From positions 1-64,000 of the forward strand of contig CBFFSA010000016.1 of the NCBI GenBank assembly GCA_965644495.1: a stretch of 64,000 nucleotides of DNA. The letters run 5' to 3'. Of the stretch, positions 13,801 through 24,619 are shown piece by piece. The notes below the pieces were generated by a model that saw only the letters and a list, made by a program, of their open reading frames with translations, was not told the origin of the DNA and did no database searches. Position 1 is the stretch's first letter; every line of letters starts with the position of its first letter. Origin of the DNA: Perkinsela sp. CCAP 1560/9 (taxonomy: Eukaryota > Protista > Euglenozoa: Kinetoplastea). Position numbers and translations under genes: made by a program.

Positions 13801-14672
13801 TGTGAAAATTGGAGTAGAAAGTTGAGGTATTTCAAGATGTTTTATGCAATAAGCCACATCACGCAGAAGGGGTGCAGTGTTATCATGAGGACTATTATTG
13901 GGAATGTGCTGACAGGCACATTTGTCGAGCCAAGTATTGGGAATGCGGTCCACTGTTTAACAAACGGCAAAAACGAACAGTAAAAGAAACTTTGATAATG
14001 CTGTACGGGATATGTGAGGCCCTACCCCGCAAATTCATTGCCAATGAGGCACGGGTGTCGACAAATACTGTTAGCGTCTTCACGGAAGAACTTATAGACT
14101 TAGTTGCGCAAGCACATGACGTGCGTTGGATAAACGCGGGGGGTACTGTTACATTCATGCAGAAGGACGAGACCTGTACAAGTAAAGTGAAGAGAGGCAC
14201 GTGTAATCGCAACCACCGTGTTCGGAAGCAATGTCAGCAATGGTTTCACACTCTTGTGATTACGAATGTTGGCGACCAGGCACAATAAGTGTTTGTCAGA
14301 AGGCTTCCGAATCGTTGTTCATCCACTATGACTCCACATGTCGTGCATTTAGCCCCCGGTCGGAGAACTGTCGTGAAGACGGATGGGTGGCGTGGAACTT
14401 TGGTGTTGGGTTCACTTGTAAACGACAATCATAGAGTGGAGTGAGTGACAACCGAAGGAATATCAACGAACACCGTCGAAAGCATGAATAACCAACTCAA
14501 AATGGAACTTAAGTGTAGGTGGAACCGGTTAGGTGTTGAAGATGAGGCTCGGGAGGAGATGAAGTTCATAACAGAGTGTGTGAACGGAAAGTTGAGAATA
14601 AATGGAAACTCTCGTTTTCGGCGCATACTTTTGAATATAAAGCTGTTCTGTGCGTCCGTAGTGATGGGCTAA
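13801..14672 (+). mobile_element. Merlin / IS1016 (IS1595-family) DDE transposase pseudogene, 5'-truncated
   Basis: One frame 13818-14672 broken by TAA (14286) and TGA (14442): Cys/His-rich N-terminus, HTH-like ANEARVSTNTV, QKDET, KTDGWRG, NDNH, GISTNTVESMNNQLK. These match the DE[ST], [ST]DxWxGY, VNH and HTNTIE motifs of Merlin/IS1016. Confidence 0.85.
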
Positions 14673-14891
14673 GAAAGGTAAATGCTGAGTAAAACTTAAT
14701 AAAACGTGTAAGCAAGAAGTCTAAAGAAAAAGGTGTTGTTTTTTCTAAAAACTATTTTTTTGCGCAATTTAGGTTGGTTTTGTCCAAATTGGCACATGCA
14801 AATGTACACAAGGGTAACGAAATCGATCGTTTATCATTCTGCCTGAAGGTTCTGTCTTTACAAGTTTACCATTAGCTCTTCAAAGAGGACG

Positions 14892-14956
14892 AATTAAGTA
14901 GACCACCTAGTAGGTAGTCTACTTAATTACTTTATACCCAGGTCCTAGGTATAAAG
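14892..14956. repeat. Two abutting imperfect palindromes with 1-nt centres
   Basis: aattaagtagaccaccta-g-taggtagtctacttaatt (18-bp arms, 1 mismatch), then ctttatacccagg-t-cctaggtataaag (13-bp arms, 1 mismatch). Confidence 0.85.
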
Positions 14957-15091
14957 GTTTTCACTATAAAGGTTTCCAGTCTTCTTCTAGGTTTCTTGAT
15001 GAATCACATTCGTTTTTGGGTTTACTCATTTTTAAAAACGCAGCGAAGCCGAAAAGGGTGCACTCGCTTCGGAATGATGTGCTGATATTTC

Positions 15092-18000
15092 CTACAACCA
15101 CGGTGCCCAGCCTGGGTACAGTGACGCAAGATTCTTCTCACTTGTCGCCTCAAGTATCAGTAAATGAACGTGAGCACATACAGTAAGACTCCGATTTCCT
15201 ATTACCCCATTGAGTTTCATTAACGTCCTCGAAGATGCCTGATAGGCGTCAATACATTCATCCGCCGCAGCAGATGTGCCCGCGGATGTTCCTAAAACCT
15301 TCGATATATCAACTGCCCACTTGGCTAGGGGATCGTGTAGCAGTGTTTGTACTACTGTGTGAACCATTTCCTTCGAATCGCGTAGGAGTTCCATGACCGA
15401 TTCGCAGCTAACGCGAAAAAGTCCCCGGGCTCCGGTAATCCCCAGACCGTCGACCATATCACGCGTAAGACGAAAAGGAATGACTTCCGGGATGGGGAGC
15501 AGAAGACCTTCATCGAAAGCGAGTCCAATATCAATGTGAATCACCTCTCCAGTACACTTATCAATGAGTATGTTAGAGGTATGCCGATCCCCTAGCCCAA
15601 CAATGTGACCCACCATACTACTGGATGCTACACTGTTTGTGTATGCCAGACGTGCGGTGTACCACTCGACGGGAGTTGAGAAATGCTCGAGAAAGAATTT
15701 GTTGAAGCATGGGTGAAGTTTTGAACAGACAGATGAATACATTTGAAGTTTATCAGACGCAGACTGTGTTCCCACACTCTGCATTTTAGACCTCGCTGTG
15801 TCGTGTGGCATGTCTTGAGGATAATATCGGTGATGAGCGCCCGTGTGCTCCTTCCCCGGTTGTCCAATGAGGTACTGACCAAGTGTAAGACTATTTTCCA
15901 CCCATTGTACAAGGCCACTTGTAGGTGTGAGCGGGACAACAATGTACGTTCGTATTTTTGTACTTGACGTCGAGCGCTTGTGTTGAAATAGGTCGTTACA
16001 AAGAGAAAAAACTTGCTCCACCAAAGCATCCTGCCGTAGATCATCTTTGCTTTTCACGAGTTGTCGGTATTCATGTCCAGCAACACTGCGACATGTAATA
16101 AGTTTCGGCTGGTTTAATCCACCTGGAAGCGAGATAGAGGTCAAGAATGCTTGAACGACCTCTCGTTCTGGAGCGTTTGTGTAAGAAACTGCTGTTGGGA
16201 CAATTGTTTTTGAAAGTACTCCCAGTTTAGAAAGACGTGTCGTAATTTGTGGATTCGCCCCTGTGAACCTGGAAGCAGGAGCAAAGGCAAGTTCGATATA
16301 CGCATTAGTCAATACCTCTAATTCAGATATAATAATTTTCATTTGGTGATCGGACTCAGATAGCTGCTTCAATATAGAATTTGCGGCATCAATCTTTTCT
16401 TGACTAATAACATGCAGTTCTGCTTCCCCGGAGGGATACTTTGCTCCATTTCTCATTGAAAATAAGGTGTACAACGCAGGTTGCGGGCTATTGTTTACTA
16501 CTCGAATGATCAAATTCCTCAAGATATTTTGAAATTCCCCGTCATCCGATTGAATTCCCAAACGAGCACACAACTGAGGGAACAAAGGAAGAAAAATGGA
16601 AGTAGGAAACATCCCTACTTTTTCGGAGACAACTCTGTTCACCGCTGTTTCAGTCAGGTTCGCGAACCAAAGAGAAACGAATCGATAGGTAGAAGCCAAA
16701 AGTTTGTCACTCCGCAGGCCTCCGTGCTGGAGTACTTGCGCGTAGCATCGTAAACAATGCAAACACAAGGCCTCTCGATCATTGACATTCCTTTCGAGTT
16801 CTGCAAGCATAATTTTATGCTCTCTTTCCTGTAAGGTCAAGTGTCGTTTAATATGTCGCTTTTTGTGTTCACTCAATGTGCTTTGCAGTTTTTGATAGCC
16901 CAATTTTTGCTGTTGACGGTTGCGACGAATCTCATCCACTTGTTCAACAAATATTTGGTGTTCATTTGACCGCATTTTTGATTCTAATTCTGAAAACATA
17001 GCGTCGTAAAATCTTGCGGATGCGTAGTGATAACTAACGTCGTCATTCATGCCTTTACAAGAAGTCAAAACTTTGTTGAGAATGTTGGGCGTAGTATCAA
17101 CTTTACGTTTAAATTTCCATTTGGCCAACTGAAGAATGCATTCAGGTGTTTCACGACATTCCATAAGATCCATCGCGAAAGAGTGCTTCTTCGCCTTCCA
17201 CATACATTTCGCCATAATTTTTGCACATTCGCTGGGTATGTGACTAGAATCTCTCAAAGTGGGGTGGTGCAAAAGTGAGAATGCTCCCCCATGCGCTCCT
17301 TGACTAGTGGCTGCTTGAGCAGCATCTAATATGTAAGTTGCCTTTAATTCTCTCTTGTCCATTATTCGTAGAAGGCACAGTTGAAGATTCACAAGTTTGC
17401 GACGATGAGGATACGGTATGGAGTGTGGAATGTTAATGTGACCCACATTCGTGTCCTTAGTGAAAATCAATGGTTCACCTGTGTGAAATCTCAAATCAGG
17501 AAAACTGCGAAGAGTATCAAAAGCAAAGAATAAGGAAAGTTTTTCATCAAGTGAAATACTTTTGTCTAGACTTAAGGCTTGCTCTCCGAAGTGTACCGCA
17601 CGTAGAAATTCGGAGCCAAAACCTTTGGAAAGCCCTCTGAGTGACGCAAAAATACTTTCATGAAAAGAGGCCGGATATTCAATCAAACCTGGTCCGTTTG
17701 GGTCATCCTCTGCCCACTGCTCCTGACGCCAGGCTGCGTATGATTGAAGGTCTCTCAAAACTTTTGTCGACTCATCATTCCTATCAAAGTACGCATTTTT
17801 GATTACTATTTCTGGAATTGTTTGCAATCCTGCATCTTCCAAAATAGAAAAGAGTGAATGAGGGTCTGAAACCGAGTCTCTGTCAACATTTTCTACGACT
17901 TGTATTTGCCCTAAGTAGTCTTTTTCACTTTTCAAGACGGAAAGTCGACCAGAAACAGTGTTTCCTGCACCGATTCCCTGTAGATACGAGTTTCCATGTC

Positions 18001-21000
18001 TCAAATTCGGATATACTTTTTGTAAGGATTGACAGGCTTCTCGAGAGAGCGCACCCTTTTCCTCTGGTTGCTGCATTTCTTCCCCTAATTCGATAAATAG
18101 AAGAGCTTCTAAATACATACAAGCCTTAATTGATGCATCAATGAGCACTGGAAGTGGAATTTTAACTCCGATAAGGTCAGAAAGTCCCATCGGAACCCGT
18201 AAATGCTGAGTTTCAGAGATATTAGCCGAATGAAGGCACGACTGCATTCCTCCTTGACGCACCACCTGAATAGATATTTCTAGATATATTTTAATGATAT
18301 TTCTAATGATCGTTTGACTTATTCGCACACTACATGAGTCTTGCAAAGCATTCGTTAACGCGTCCCCTATCGAACCGCGAGCCTGAGCACTGCACGTGTC
18401 TCTCAGGGAATAATAAAGGCAGGCAAGAAAAAGAGGTTCAGCGACAGAATCAGATACAGCACATACGCGGACGTAACCCTGCAAAGGATCAGCTGCAGGA
18501 CTTATCGTGTCAATAAGTTCTAGTGTGGTAGATCTTATCCATTTAGAGTACGTATTTTCCGCATCGCGTACATGAGATTCGATTGTTCCAACATCACTTT
18601 TAGGTTCCTCATGTTTCCTGTTCTCGATGCTCGGAACATGATCTCCGTTTTTCCAATTCAGCACGACGGGCATACAGTCGCTCGGCATTGACTCCATAAC
18701 CTGAGGAAAATCCTTCCAAAACTGCGATAAAAGTGCATGTGCAGTTTCCATAGTCGAGATTGACGAAGAATAAATAAAACTGCTGCATACACGATGCATT
18801 GTTTCCACTTGAAAAACGTGGTCTTGAATTTCGGTATTCAAGGACAATCTAGGAAGACAGTCTGAGGGGCACGCCTCAGGCACAAATGGTAAAAAACAGA
18901 AGAATTCCGGATGCATTCTACATATCACACATAAGCAGCGCAGAGCTTCGATATGAAAAGCTGTCAAATTTTCGTCTTTCAATATACCGCATAGGGATGT
19001 AAAGCATGATTCCGAGTATCCGGAGTTTGCGAAGGCTTCAGCTTCTTTCAAACACTTAGAAATTGTTCTCCCTAGAATGAGTTTGGAACCTCCACGGAAA
19101 TACAATTGCAATGCATCTTTTAAACAATTGCGCGGCGGATTCGGAGGAAAAACACCGCAATCAGTCGACTCAATCGCAACTTCTTCAAAAAGTTGCTTGA
19201 CATTTAACCTAGAATATTGGGAAAGCGTTTGACGGGCGCGATTATCAAATGAAAACTGACAGTTAACAGACCCAAAAGCAATTGAGCAGTCGTCGTGCAT
19301 TTCAATAATCTCCGTCGTGGTAATATTCAGGGAGTGGCACGCGTGAAAAAGTGTGCTCTTGACGACTCCCATCGTTTTCATAAATTTGTCTACGCCTGGA
19401 GTTAAGTGCACGATAAAAGGAAGAAGTTTAAGAATGCTTCTAACAATCAAAGGCGTGCAGCACTGCGCGGCCTTACGCGGTGCTTTGCATAGGACCACCA
19501 CCAGAGAGCACATCATCGCATCCTGGAAGTCATCATTCTTTCTTCTTTTCAACAACCTGAACAGGTGAGTGAAAGCGGAAAGCCATCGAAATGATGTCCA
19601 AAATTCACTCTTAGAATAATCTTGCAGAAGCAACATGGCTTTCTCGATCATCAATGCTCCATCGCGATTTCGTTCTATTTCTTCAGAAAGAGCAGTTCCC
19701 AATGTGAAATTCGTGCACTCTAACCTGAACATGTGTTCAACAATCAAATCCTTCGACTCTTCTAAGTTCTTTTGAAATTCATCTCCGAAAGCAATTTGAA
19801 AATGCTTCTGAACCTTTTGAGCTCCAGTTGCAAGACTTTGGTCGCCACAACTACGAATAAGGAGCATTGTTGAAAAAATAAACGGGAAGCTACTGACATA
19901 CTGATGTTGAAGGCAACTTGATCTCGGCTGCGGTTCCTTTAACTTTTGCAAAAACGCAAAAGCGCTTTCTCCGTGATTGTTTCCTAGACTACGGCACAGA
20001 AATGAGGCAGCGAAAAAATTATCAGTGATGTCTTGAGGCATTGTATTCCAATTTGCACTATCCGAAATCCAAAGAAGCGGAAACATTCGAAGCTCATGGT
20101 TGGCGATCCAATCATATCCAATAAGTAGGGCTCCGGTACTCAAGACATCCAACACAAGATCTTTCTTTGAGCGAAGAAATTCGACAAGAAAAACAGAAAA
20201 CAGAAACTGATCACTGATCAGCAATTTCAAAAAGAGCAAGATACAACGGCATTGAACGACAGGAATATTACTTTCGAATAAAGTAATAGCGAACTGCAAG
20301 GCCGATCGTGCGCTGTTAGTTTCGGAGCTTAGAAGACGTGAACTTAAAGTATTTAAAATCTCAGTTGTAAAACTATCCCGTCCATGAAAGAAAAACAGAA
20401 ATGAAATTAAATGCTGCGTTGCTTTCGTCATAAAGGTGAGTTCTTGCAAAGATATGTATCGAAGTATGTACCTACCGCAGTTCAACTGAAGTTTCACGTC
20501 AGAAACTTGTTTCGCAATCGAAAGAGCAACCTCACACGAACTGTGGGCCGAAAAGAAGAGTGCAGTAGTCGGTTCTTCTTCCTCAATCAGGCGCAGTGCA
20601 TCTTTTAAAAGCTCATTTTCTGTGTTACTTTCAAGCATACACTGTAAATTTTCGATGAAGCTGGAAAAAATGCTGTAAGAATGGACCGAGAATGCAGAAG
20701 ACAACACTGATTTGAACCGAGTCCAATGGGCGCTTTTTCTGTCACAAGTGCAATAGATCCAATGTATATAAATATTCGTCTTTTTCATTTTGTAAAACTG
20801 TGCAGTTGGCGATGCTAATTCGAGTTCGTCAAGTTTGGAAAAACAGAACTCGAGTAGCGTCGATGTCTGAAGTGCATTCTCAGAGAACACTTTTGATAGA
20901 ATCCTAAAAAGAATCATCGAAATGGTTATGGACTGTTCGAAACAGAGGGCACTCCTGTTCCCCACTTCGTATTTATTTTTCGACACCGAGTTATAAGCAG

Positions 21001-23434
21001 TAGGACACCAATAGCTGCACGTGCTTCGATAGAGGTCGAGAAGATACTGCATTATCGCATTCGTAGACGTCTGTATATGCGACATCTCATTCATTGCATG
21101 AGATCTCACACTCTGACTTGGCTTCGTTTTATGCTGCGCGGCGCTGTCGTCAAGTAGCAAAGAAAATTCCAATATCGCATCATGTTGCGCCAGTAGGACA
21201 GATAGGAGTGACTGTAAGTTTTTTTTCGATTCAAAAAGAATGCCCGAAGAAAGAGAATAAACTGGTGAAGACACGAAAGATAGAAATTCGTCTTTTGCGC
21301 CGCATTCAAAAGTGAAAATGAAACTCTTCTTCGAGCGATCGTATGATTGATCAAAGAAGCATAAAGAAAAATGGAATATATCCATGGCAAGAAGAAAATC
21401 TTTTTGCGATTCTTTTATGAGGAAAGGGAAGTCCAAAACGTCGCGAAATAGCCACTCAGACACCGCTCGAGTAGTGGGATGAGACAAACATAGAATGGCA
21501 AGCTGTGCAAGGCTCGGTATTGTTTGAGTAGTCGTGTTGGCAAGAAGGGTATTTTTTACAATTCGAATACTTTGTTGTATCACTCGCAAGTCTTGTATTG
21601 AAGGAATCAGACGTATTAAAAAATTTATTAGGCTTGGTGAAGTATTGCCCTCTGCGGACACAACTGAGTTCATGAACTTCCACGCGGGAGACCAAAATTC
21701 GTGATCTGTAGGCAGTACTGCGCGGCTGTGCGGCTTTTGCAGCAAAATTTCTAAAACGTGAAGACCGCTGGGCGCCAATTCTGAAAAGGAAAACAGTTTA
21801 TTAAGAAGTAAAGGGAAATTAGAATTGAGAAATTCGTCTGTGTTAGCAAGATTCTCTGCAGAAATAACATTCGGCACGAAAACGGGAATACCAATTAATG
21901 CAATTAATGACGTCACTGCTTCTCGGGCAATGTCGATGCTTTCATCAAGGCCAACTTGAGTGAAAAGTGAAAGTAAGGTCCTGTAGCGCACGTGATTCAG
22001 GTCTTCAGGCCATGTAAGCAACCAAAAGCGTATAAAAGTAAGCCAGCAAAGCAATTTTTCTTTTTTGCCTTCGTTTACACAAACAAGCTGATTTGTAATA
22101 AAATCATCTGCATACCTCATTGAAGTTTTTTGAGTGGAACTTAATTTCAGGATTTTTGCCGATCTCACATGTTTCTCACCTAGCTCGGTTTGTTCTCTTG
22201 AGGAGCACAACTGAACATAATGTATTGTGTTCGAAATCAGACGCGAAAGAAACTGGTCTCCGGATACTTCCTTCGATGACCTATGACAAATTGCTGTACT
22301 TGATTTATACGAGTCACAAATTTGAACGTATTCTTCGCAAACAATGTTTAGCAATAATTTAAGAGTTCCACACAGTTGAATATGCCGCAATTCATGAGGA
22401 ATTCGAGGACCCAAACTTTGATTAACGCCATGTAAATAATTCCTATGCGAATATCGAAGACCAGGAAATTCTAAACGATTCAAGCCTTCTAAAAACGATT
22501 GAACGTATTCCAGCATCGCCTTCTTCCATACGTCCTTTGTGCAATACTTCCAGTTGTCGCAAAGTGTCGACAATACGGGATAAAAATTCAATAGACCAGC
22601 TTCACGACATGCATAGTCCATCAAAACTACAGCAATACGTAGCAGACAGCTCCCGAATCGAACGTGTTGGCACATAACGCTGTGATTGGCATGTACTAAC
22701 ATCAATAGCTTTGCCACCTCAGGGGTAAGATTCTGAAGCCCGTTCCAAAACGGCGTATGACAGACTATCACAGCTATCGCACTTTCGAAGTTCTCGAACA
22801 AGGAACAAGAAAACTGGGAGAGCGTCACGTCCACTGCACGTTGATATCTCACAGGAGAGCGAAAAACGATGGATACTAAAACCTCGAAAACGTTGTGTAA
22901 AAGCAGTTCAGACAGGTTCGAGACGTACACCCGAAAGGACAAAACTCTCATCACAAGCATGCTGTAATCAAACTCTATAAGATGGCCGAACGCATCGGCG
23001 GACAACATTTCTAAGATATTTTGCAACAAATAAGGCAGTACGCGACATCTACGCCAAGACAAAGGAGGGATGTCATCATCAAAGGAAATGTTTCGATGCA
23101 TTAATTCGAATACATGTCGGAAGGGCGTCGTTACATCTCTAGATAACGTTTGAAGTGCACGAGATTTCGAGCTCAAGCCCGCGAAAAATGGCTTGATATA
23201 GCGATCCAATAACACAATCACTAAATTGCTACAAACATCGAGCCCAACAGCACAATGTAGTGGAGGTATCTCGTCGATCGCGGGACTGAGTAAGGTGTCC
23301 GCAACTTGTGCCTGATATTTTTCAATCGTGCTGCGAAGCTCTGAAAGTGCATTCCTTTGTCCGTCTTTTCGAGAGGAAGTAAGAGTGTGCAAGATAGAGT
23401 TTAATGAATTTACCAAGTCCGTGTTTCGAGGCAT
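15092..23434 (-). CDS. ATM: ATM/Tel1-like PIKK serine/threonine kinase, 2780 aa
   Basis: C-terminal PI3K-like kinase (GGLNQPKLITC, KSKDDLRQDA, GLGDRHTSNILID, IHIDIG, PEVIPFRLTRD), FATC ending LYPGWAPWL, long helical N-terminus. Confidence 0.92.
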   Translation of the reverse strand: MPRNTDLVNSLNSILHTLTSSRKDGQRNALSELRSTIEKYQAQVADTLLSPAIDEIPPLHCAVGLDVCSNLVIVLLDRYIKPFFAGLSSKSRALQTLSRDVTTPFRHVFELMHRNISFDDDIPPLSWRRCRVLPYLLQNILEMLSADAFGHLIEFDYSMLVMRVLSFRVYVSNLSELLLHNVFEVLVSIVFRSPVRYQRAVDVTLSQFSCSLFENFESAIAVIVCHTPFWNGLQNLTPEVAKLLMLVHANHSVMCQHVRFGSCLLRIAVVLMDYACREAGLLNFYPVLSTLCDNWKYCTKDVWKKAMLEYVQSFLEGLNRLEFPGLRYSHRNYLHGVNQSLGPRIPHELRHIQLCGTLKLLLNIVCEEYVQICDSYKSSTAICHRSSKEVSGDQFLSRLISNTIHYVQLCSSREQTELGEKHVRSAKILKLSSTQKTSMRYADDFITNQLVCVNEGKKEKLLCWLTFIRFWLLTWPEDLNHVRYRTLLSLFTQVGLDESIDIAREAVTSLIALIGIPVFVPNVISAENLANTDEFLNSNFPLLLNKLFSFSELAPSGLHVLEILLQKPHSRAVLPTDHEFWSPAWKFMNSVVSAEGNTSPSLINFLIRLIPSIQDLRVIQQSIRIVKNTLLANTTTQTIPSLAQLAILCLSHPTTRAVSEWLFRDVLDFPFLIKESQKDFLLAMDIFHFSLCFFDQSYDRSKKSFIFTFECGAKDEFLSFVSSPVYSLSSGILFESKKNLQSLLSVLLAQHDAILEFSLLLDDSAAQHKTKPSQSVRSHAMNEMSHIQTSTNAIMQYLLDLYRSTCSYWCPTAYNSVSKNKYEVGNRSALCFEQSITISMILFRILSKVFSENALQTSTLLEFCFSKLDELELASPTAQFYKMKKTNIYIHWIYCTCDRKSAHWTRFKSVLSSAFSVHSYSIFSSFIENLQCMLESNTENELLKDALRLIEEEEPTTALFFSAHSSCEVALSIAKQVSDVKLQLNCGRYILRYISLQELTFMTKATQHLISFLFFFHGRDSFTTEILNTLSSRLLSSETNSARSALQFAITLFESNIPVVQCRCILLFLKLLISDQFLFSVFLVEFLRSKKDLVLDVLSTGALLIGYDWIANHELRMFPLLWISDSANWNTMPQDITDNFFAASFLCRSLGNNHGESAFAFLQKLKEPQPRSSCLQHQYVSSFPFIFSTMLLIRSCGDQSLATGAQKVQKHFQIAFGDEFQKNLEESKDLIVEHMFRLECTNFTLGTALSEEIERNRDGALMIEKAMLLLQDYSKSEFWTSFRWLSAFTHLFRLLKRRKNDDFQDAMMCSLVVVLCKAPRKAAQCCTPLIVRSILKLLPFIVHLTPGVDKFMKTMGVVKSTLFHACHSLNITTTEIIEMHDDCSIAFGSVNCQFSFDNRARQTLSQYSRLNVKQLFEEVAIESTDCGVFPPNPPRNCLKDALQLYFRGGSKLILGRTISKCLKEAEAFANSGYSESCFTSLCGILKDENLTAFHIEALRCLCVICRMHPEFFCFLPFVPEACPSDCLPRLSLNTEIQDHVFQVETMHRVCSSFIYSSSISTMETAHALLSQFWKDFPQVMESMPSDCMPVVLNWKNGDHVPSIENRKHEEPKSDVGTIESHVRDAENTYSKWIRSTTLELIDTISPAADPLQGYVRVCAVSDSVAEPLFLACLYYSLRDTCSAQARGSIGDALTNALQDSCSVRISQTIIRNIIKIYLEISIQVVRQGGMQSCLHSANISETQHLRVPMGLSDLIGVKIPLPVLIDASIKACMYLEALLFIELGEEMQQPEEKGALSREACQSLQKVYPNLRHGNSYLQGIGAGNTVSGRLSVLKSEKDYLGQIQVVENVDRDSVSDPHSLFSILEDAGLQTIPEIVIKNAYFDRNDESTKVLRDLQSYAAWRQEQWAEDDPNGPGLIEYPASFHESIFASLRGLSKGFGSEFLRAVHFGEQALSLDKSISLDEKLSLFFAFDTLRSFPDLRFHTGEPLIFTKDTNVGHINIPHSIPYPHRRKLVNLQLCLLRIMDKRELKATYILDAAQAATSQGAHGGAFSLLHHPTLRDSSHIPSECAKIMAKCMWKAKKHSFAMDLMECRETPECILQLAKWKFKRKVDTTPNILNKVLTSCKGMNDDVSYHYASARFYDAMFSELESKMRSNEHQIFVEQVDEIRRNRQQQKLGYQKLQSTLSEHKKRHIKRHLTLQEREHKIMLAELERNVNDREALCLHCLRCYAQVLQHGGLRSDKLLASTYRFVSLWFANLTETAVNRVVSEKVGMFPTSIFLPLFPQLCARLGIQSDDGEFQNILRNLIIRVVNNSPQPALYTLFSMRNGAKYPSGEAELHVISQEKIDAANSILKQLSESDHQMKIIISELEVLTNAYIELAFAPASRFTGANPQITTRLSKLGVLSKTIVPTAVSYTNAPEREVVQAFLTSISLPGGLNQPKLITCRSVAGHEYRQLVKSKDDLRQDALVEQVFSLCNDLFQHKRSTSSTKIRTYIVVPLTPTSGLVQWVENSLTLGQYLIGQPGKEHTGAHHRYYPQDMPHDTARSKMQSVGTQSASDKLQMYSSVCSKLHPCFNKFFLEHFSTPVEWYTARLAYTNSVASSSMVGHIVGLGDRHTSNILIDKCTGEVIHIDIGLAFDEGLLLPIPEVIPFRLTRDMVDGLGITGARGLFRVSCESVMELLRDSKEMVHTVVQTLLHDPLAKWAVDISKVLGTSAGTSAAADECIDAYQASSRTLMKLNGVIGNRSLTVCAHVHLLILEATSEKNLASLYPGWAPWL

Positions 23435-23586
23435 GCGTTATTGGGTGGAATGAACATTTATCATAATTCTCGCTTTAGAAGAAAATATACGTGTATCTTA
23501 AAGATCTATAGAAATATTATAGATATATTTAGAGAATAACCATGATTAAAAACAATTTTACGCTTGGGTTAAAGTTATTCGTGAGG

Positions 23587-24285
23587 CTATTCAAGAAATG
23601 AGAAACCCTTGGCCACAACCAGAACATGTAGTATTACAAGTGGTATAACCTTTCTCCACAGGGACCTTCGTTTTTGACTTTCTATACTCCAGTTAGCCCA
23701 CAAGGTACGCACCGTAAGCTCTAAGTCTTTCAGATCAGTGGTATTGTCGATCACAACATCGGCGCGTTGAATCTTTTCGCCAATAGGCCACTGCGATCGA
23801 ATGCGACGCAATGCCTCTGTTTCGGTAACCTGTTTTTGGCATCTCTTTAGCATACGAGCCAATTGATCCTCTTCTGTAGCATATACAACGACAATAGTCG
23901 ACAGGAAACGAAACCAACCGGTCTCAAACAAGAGCGGATGATCAACAATAATTATACCTCCCTCAAATAACAAAGCTCGCGTAAGTTGTTTGACCATTTC
24001 CCAAGCCACAAGTGGATGCATAATTCGCTCGAGACGGCGGCGCTGAACATCAGAGTTAAAAACTATTTCAGCCAGACGATCTCGGTCTAGCGATACTGGT
24101 GAAGAGTCCCTCTGAACAGCAGGCCAGTTTTTAAAAAGAGTGCTCAAAATGGGCGATCCAGGAGCTTGTAACTGCCGTACAATGCCATCTAAATCTACGA
24201 TTGTTGCTCCCATGTTGCGAAACATTGCAGATGTTGTGCTTTTTCCGGTACACATTCCCCCAGTAAGACCAATGATGATGCACAT
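23587..24285 (-). CDS. Dephospho-CoA kinase (CoaE/DCAKD-like) with a hydrophobic C-terminal tail
   Basis: MCIIIGLTGGMCTGKST P-loop, LDRDRLAEIVF, DHPLLFE, RIRSQWPI, ADVVIDN; start set at the first ATG (24285). Confidence 0.93.
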   Translation of the reverse strand: MCIIIGLTGGMCTGKSTTSAMFRNMGATIVDLDGIVRQLQAPGSPILSTLFKNWPAVQRDSSPVSLDRDRLAEIVFNSDVQRRRLERIMHPLVAWEMVKQLTRALLFEGGIIIVDHPLLFETGWFRFLSTIVVVYATEEDQLARMLKRCQKQVTETEALRRIRSQWPIGEKIQRADVVIDNTTDLKDLELTVRTLWANWSIESQKRRSLWRKVIPLVILHVLVVAKGFSFLE

Positions 24286-24548
24286 AAATCTTGTAGAAAT
24301 AACGACTATGAAGTATCTACAACAAGTGAGGGGCTGAGTATAGGTAGTTTCGTATTCTTCATGATTTAATTGACTTAGTAGTGACGGGGGCAGTAGGCGC
24401 TTCAACAACAACGACGGAATAAATGTACCATCGATAGAGCTACTCTTTGAGTTTGGGTCATCTAGACCAAAATATGCTGGTATACTACATCCGGAACTTC
24501 ATACTTACGTAGACGAACAGTAATACCAAGACAAGACCACTCGGTAAA

Positions 24549-24605
24549 TCCTATTAGTAATAGGAATTAACCAGTAATCATTACTGGTTCCTGTCTCTGA
24601 GAGAC
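24549..24605. repeat. Three consecutive perfect palindromes with 1-nt centres
   Basis: tcctatta-g-taatagga (24549-65), aaccagtaat-c-attactggtt (24569-89), gtctct-g-agagac (24593-605). Confidence 0.85.
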
Positions 24606-24619
24606 GTTACCAGCCCTCT

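Noticed and set aside
13627-13953. 108-aa chimeric ORF (antisense Merlin + HSP90 tail)
   Set aside because: GTG start, N-terminal half is antisense transposase; a junction by-product with no evidence of expression.
14286-14444. Stop-codon reassignment suggested by in-frame TAA/TGA in Merlin
   Set aside because: Host genes are uninterrupted and end in TAA, TAG or TGA; these stops are decay mutations.
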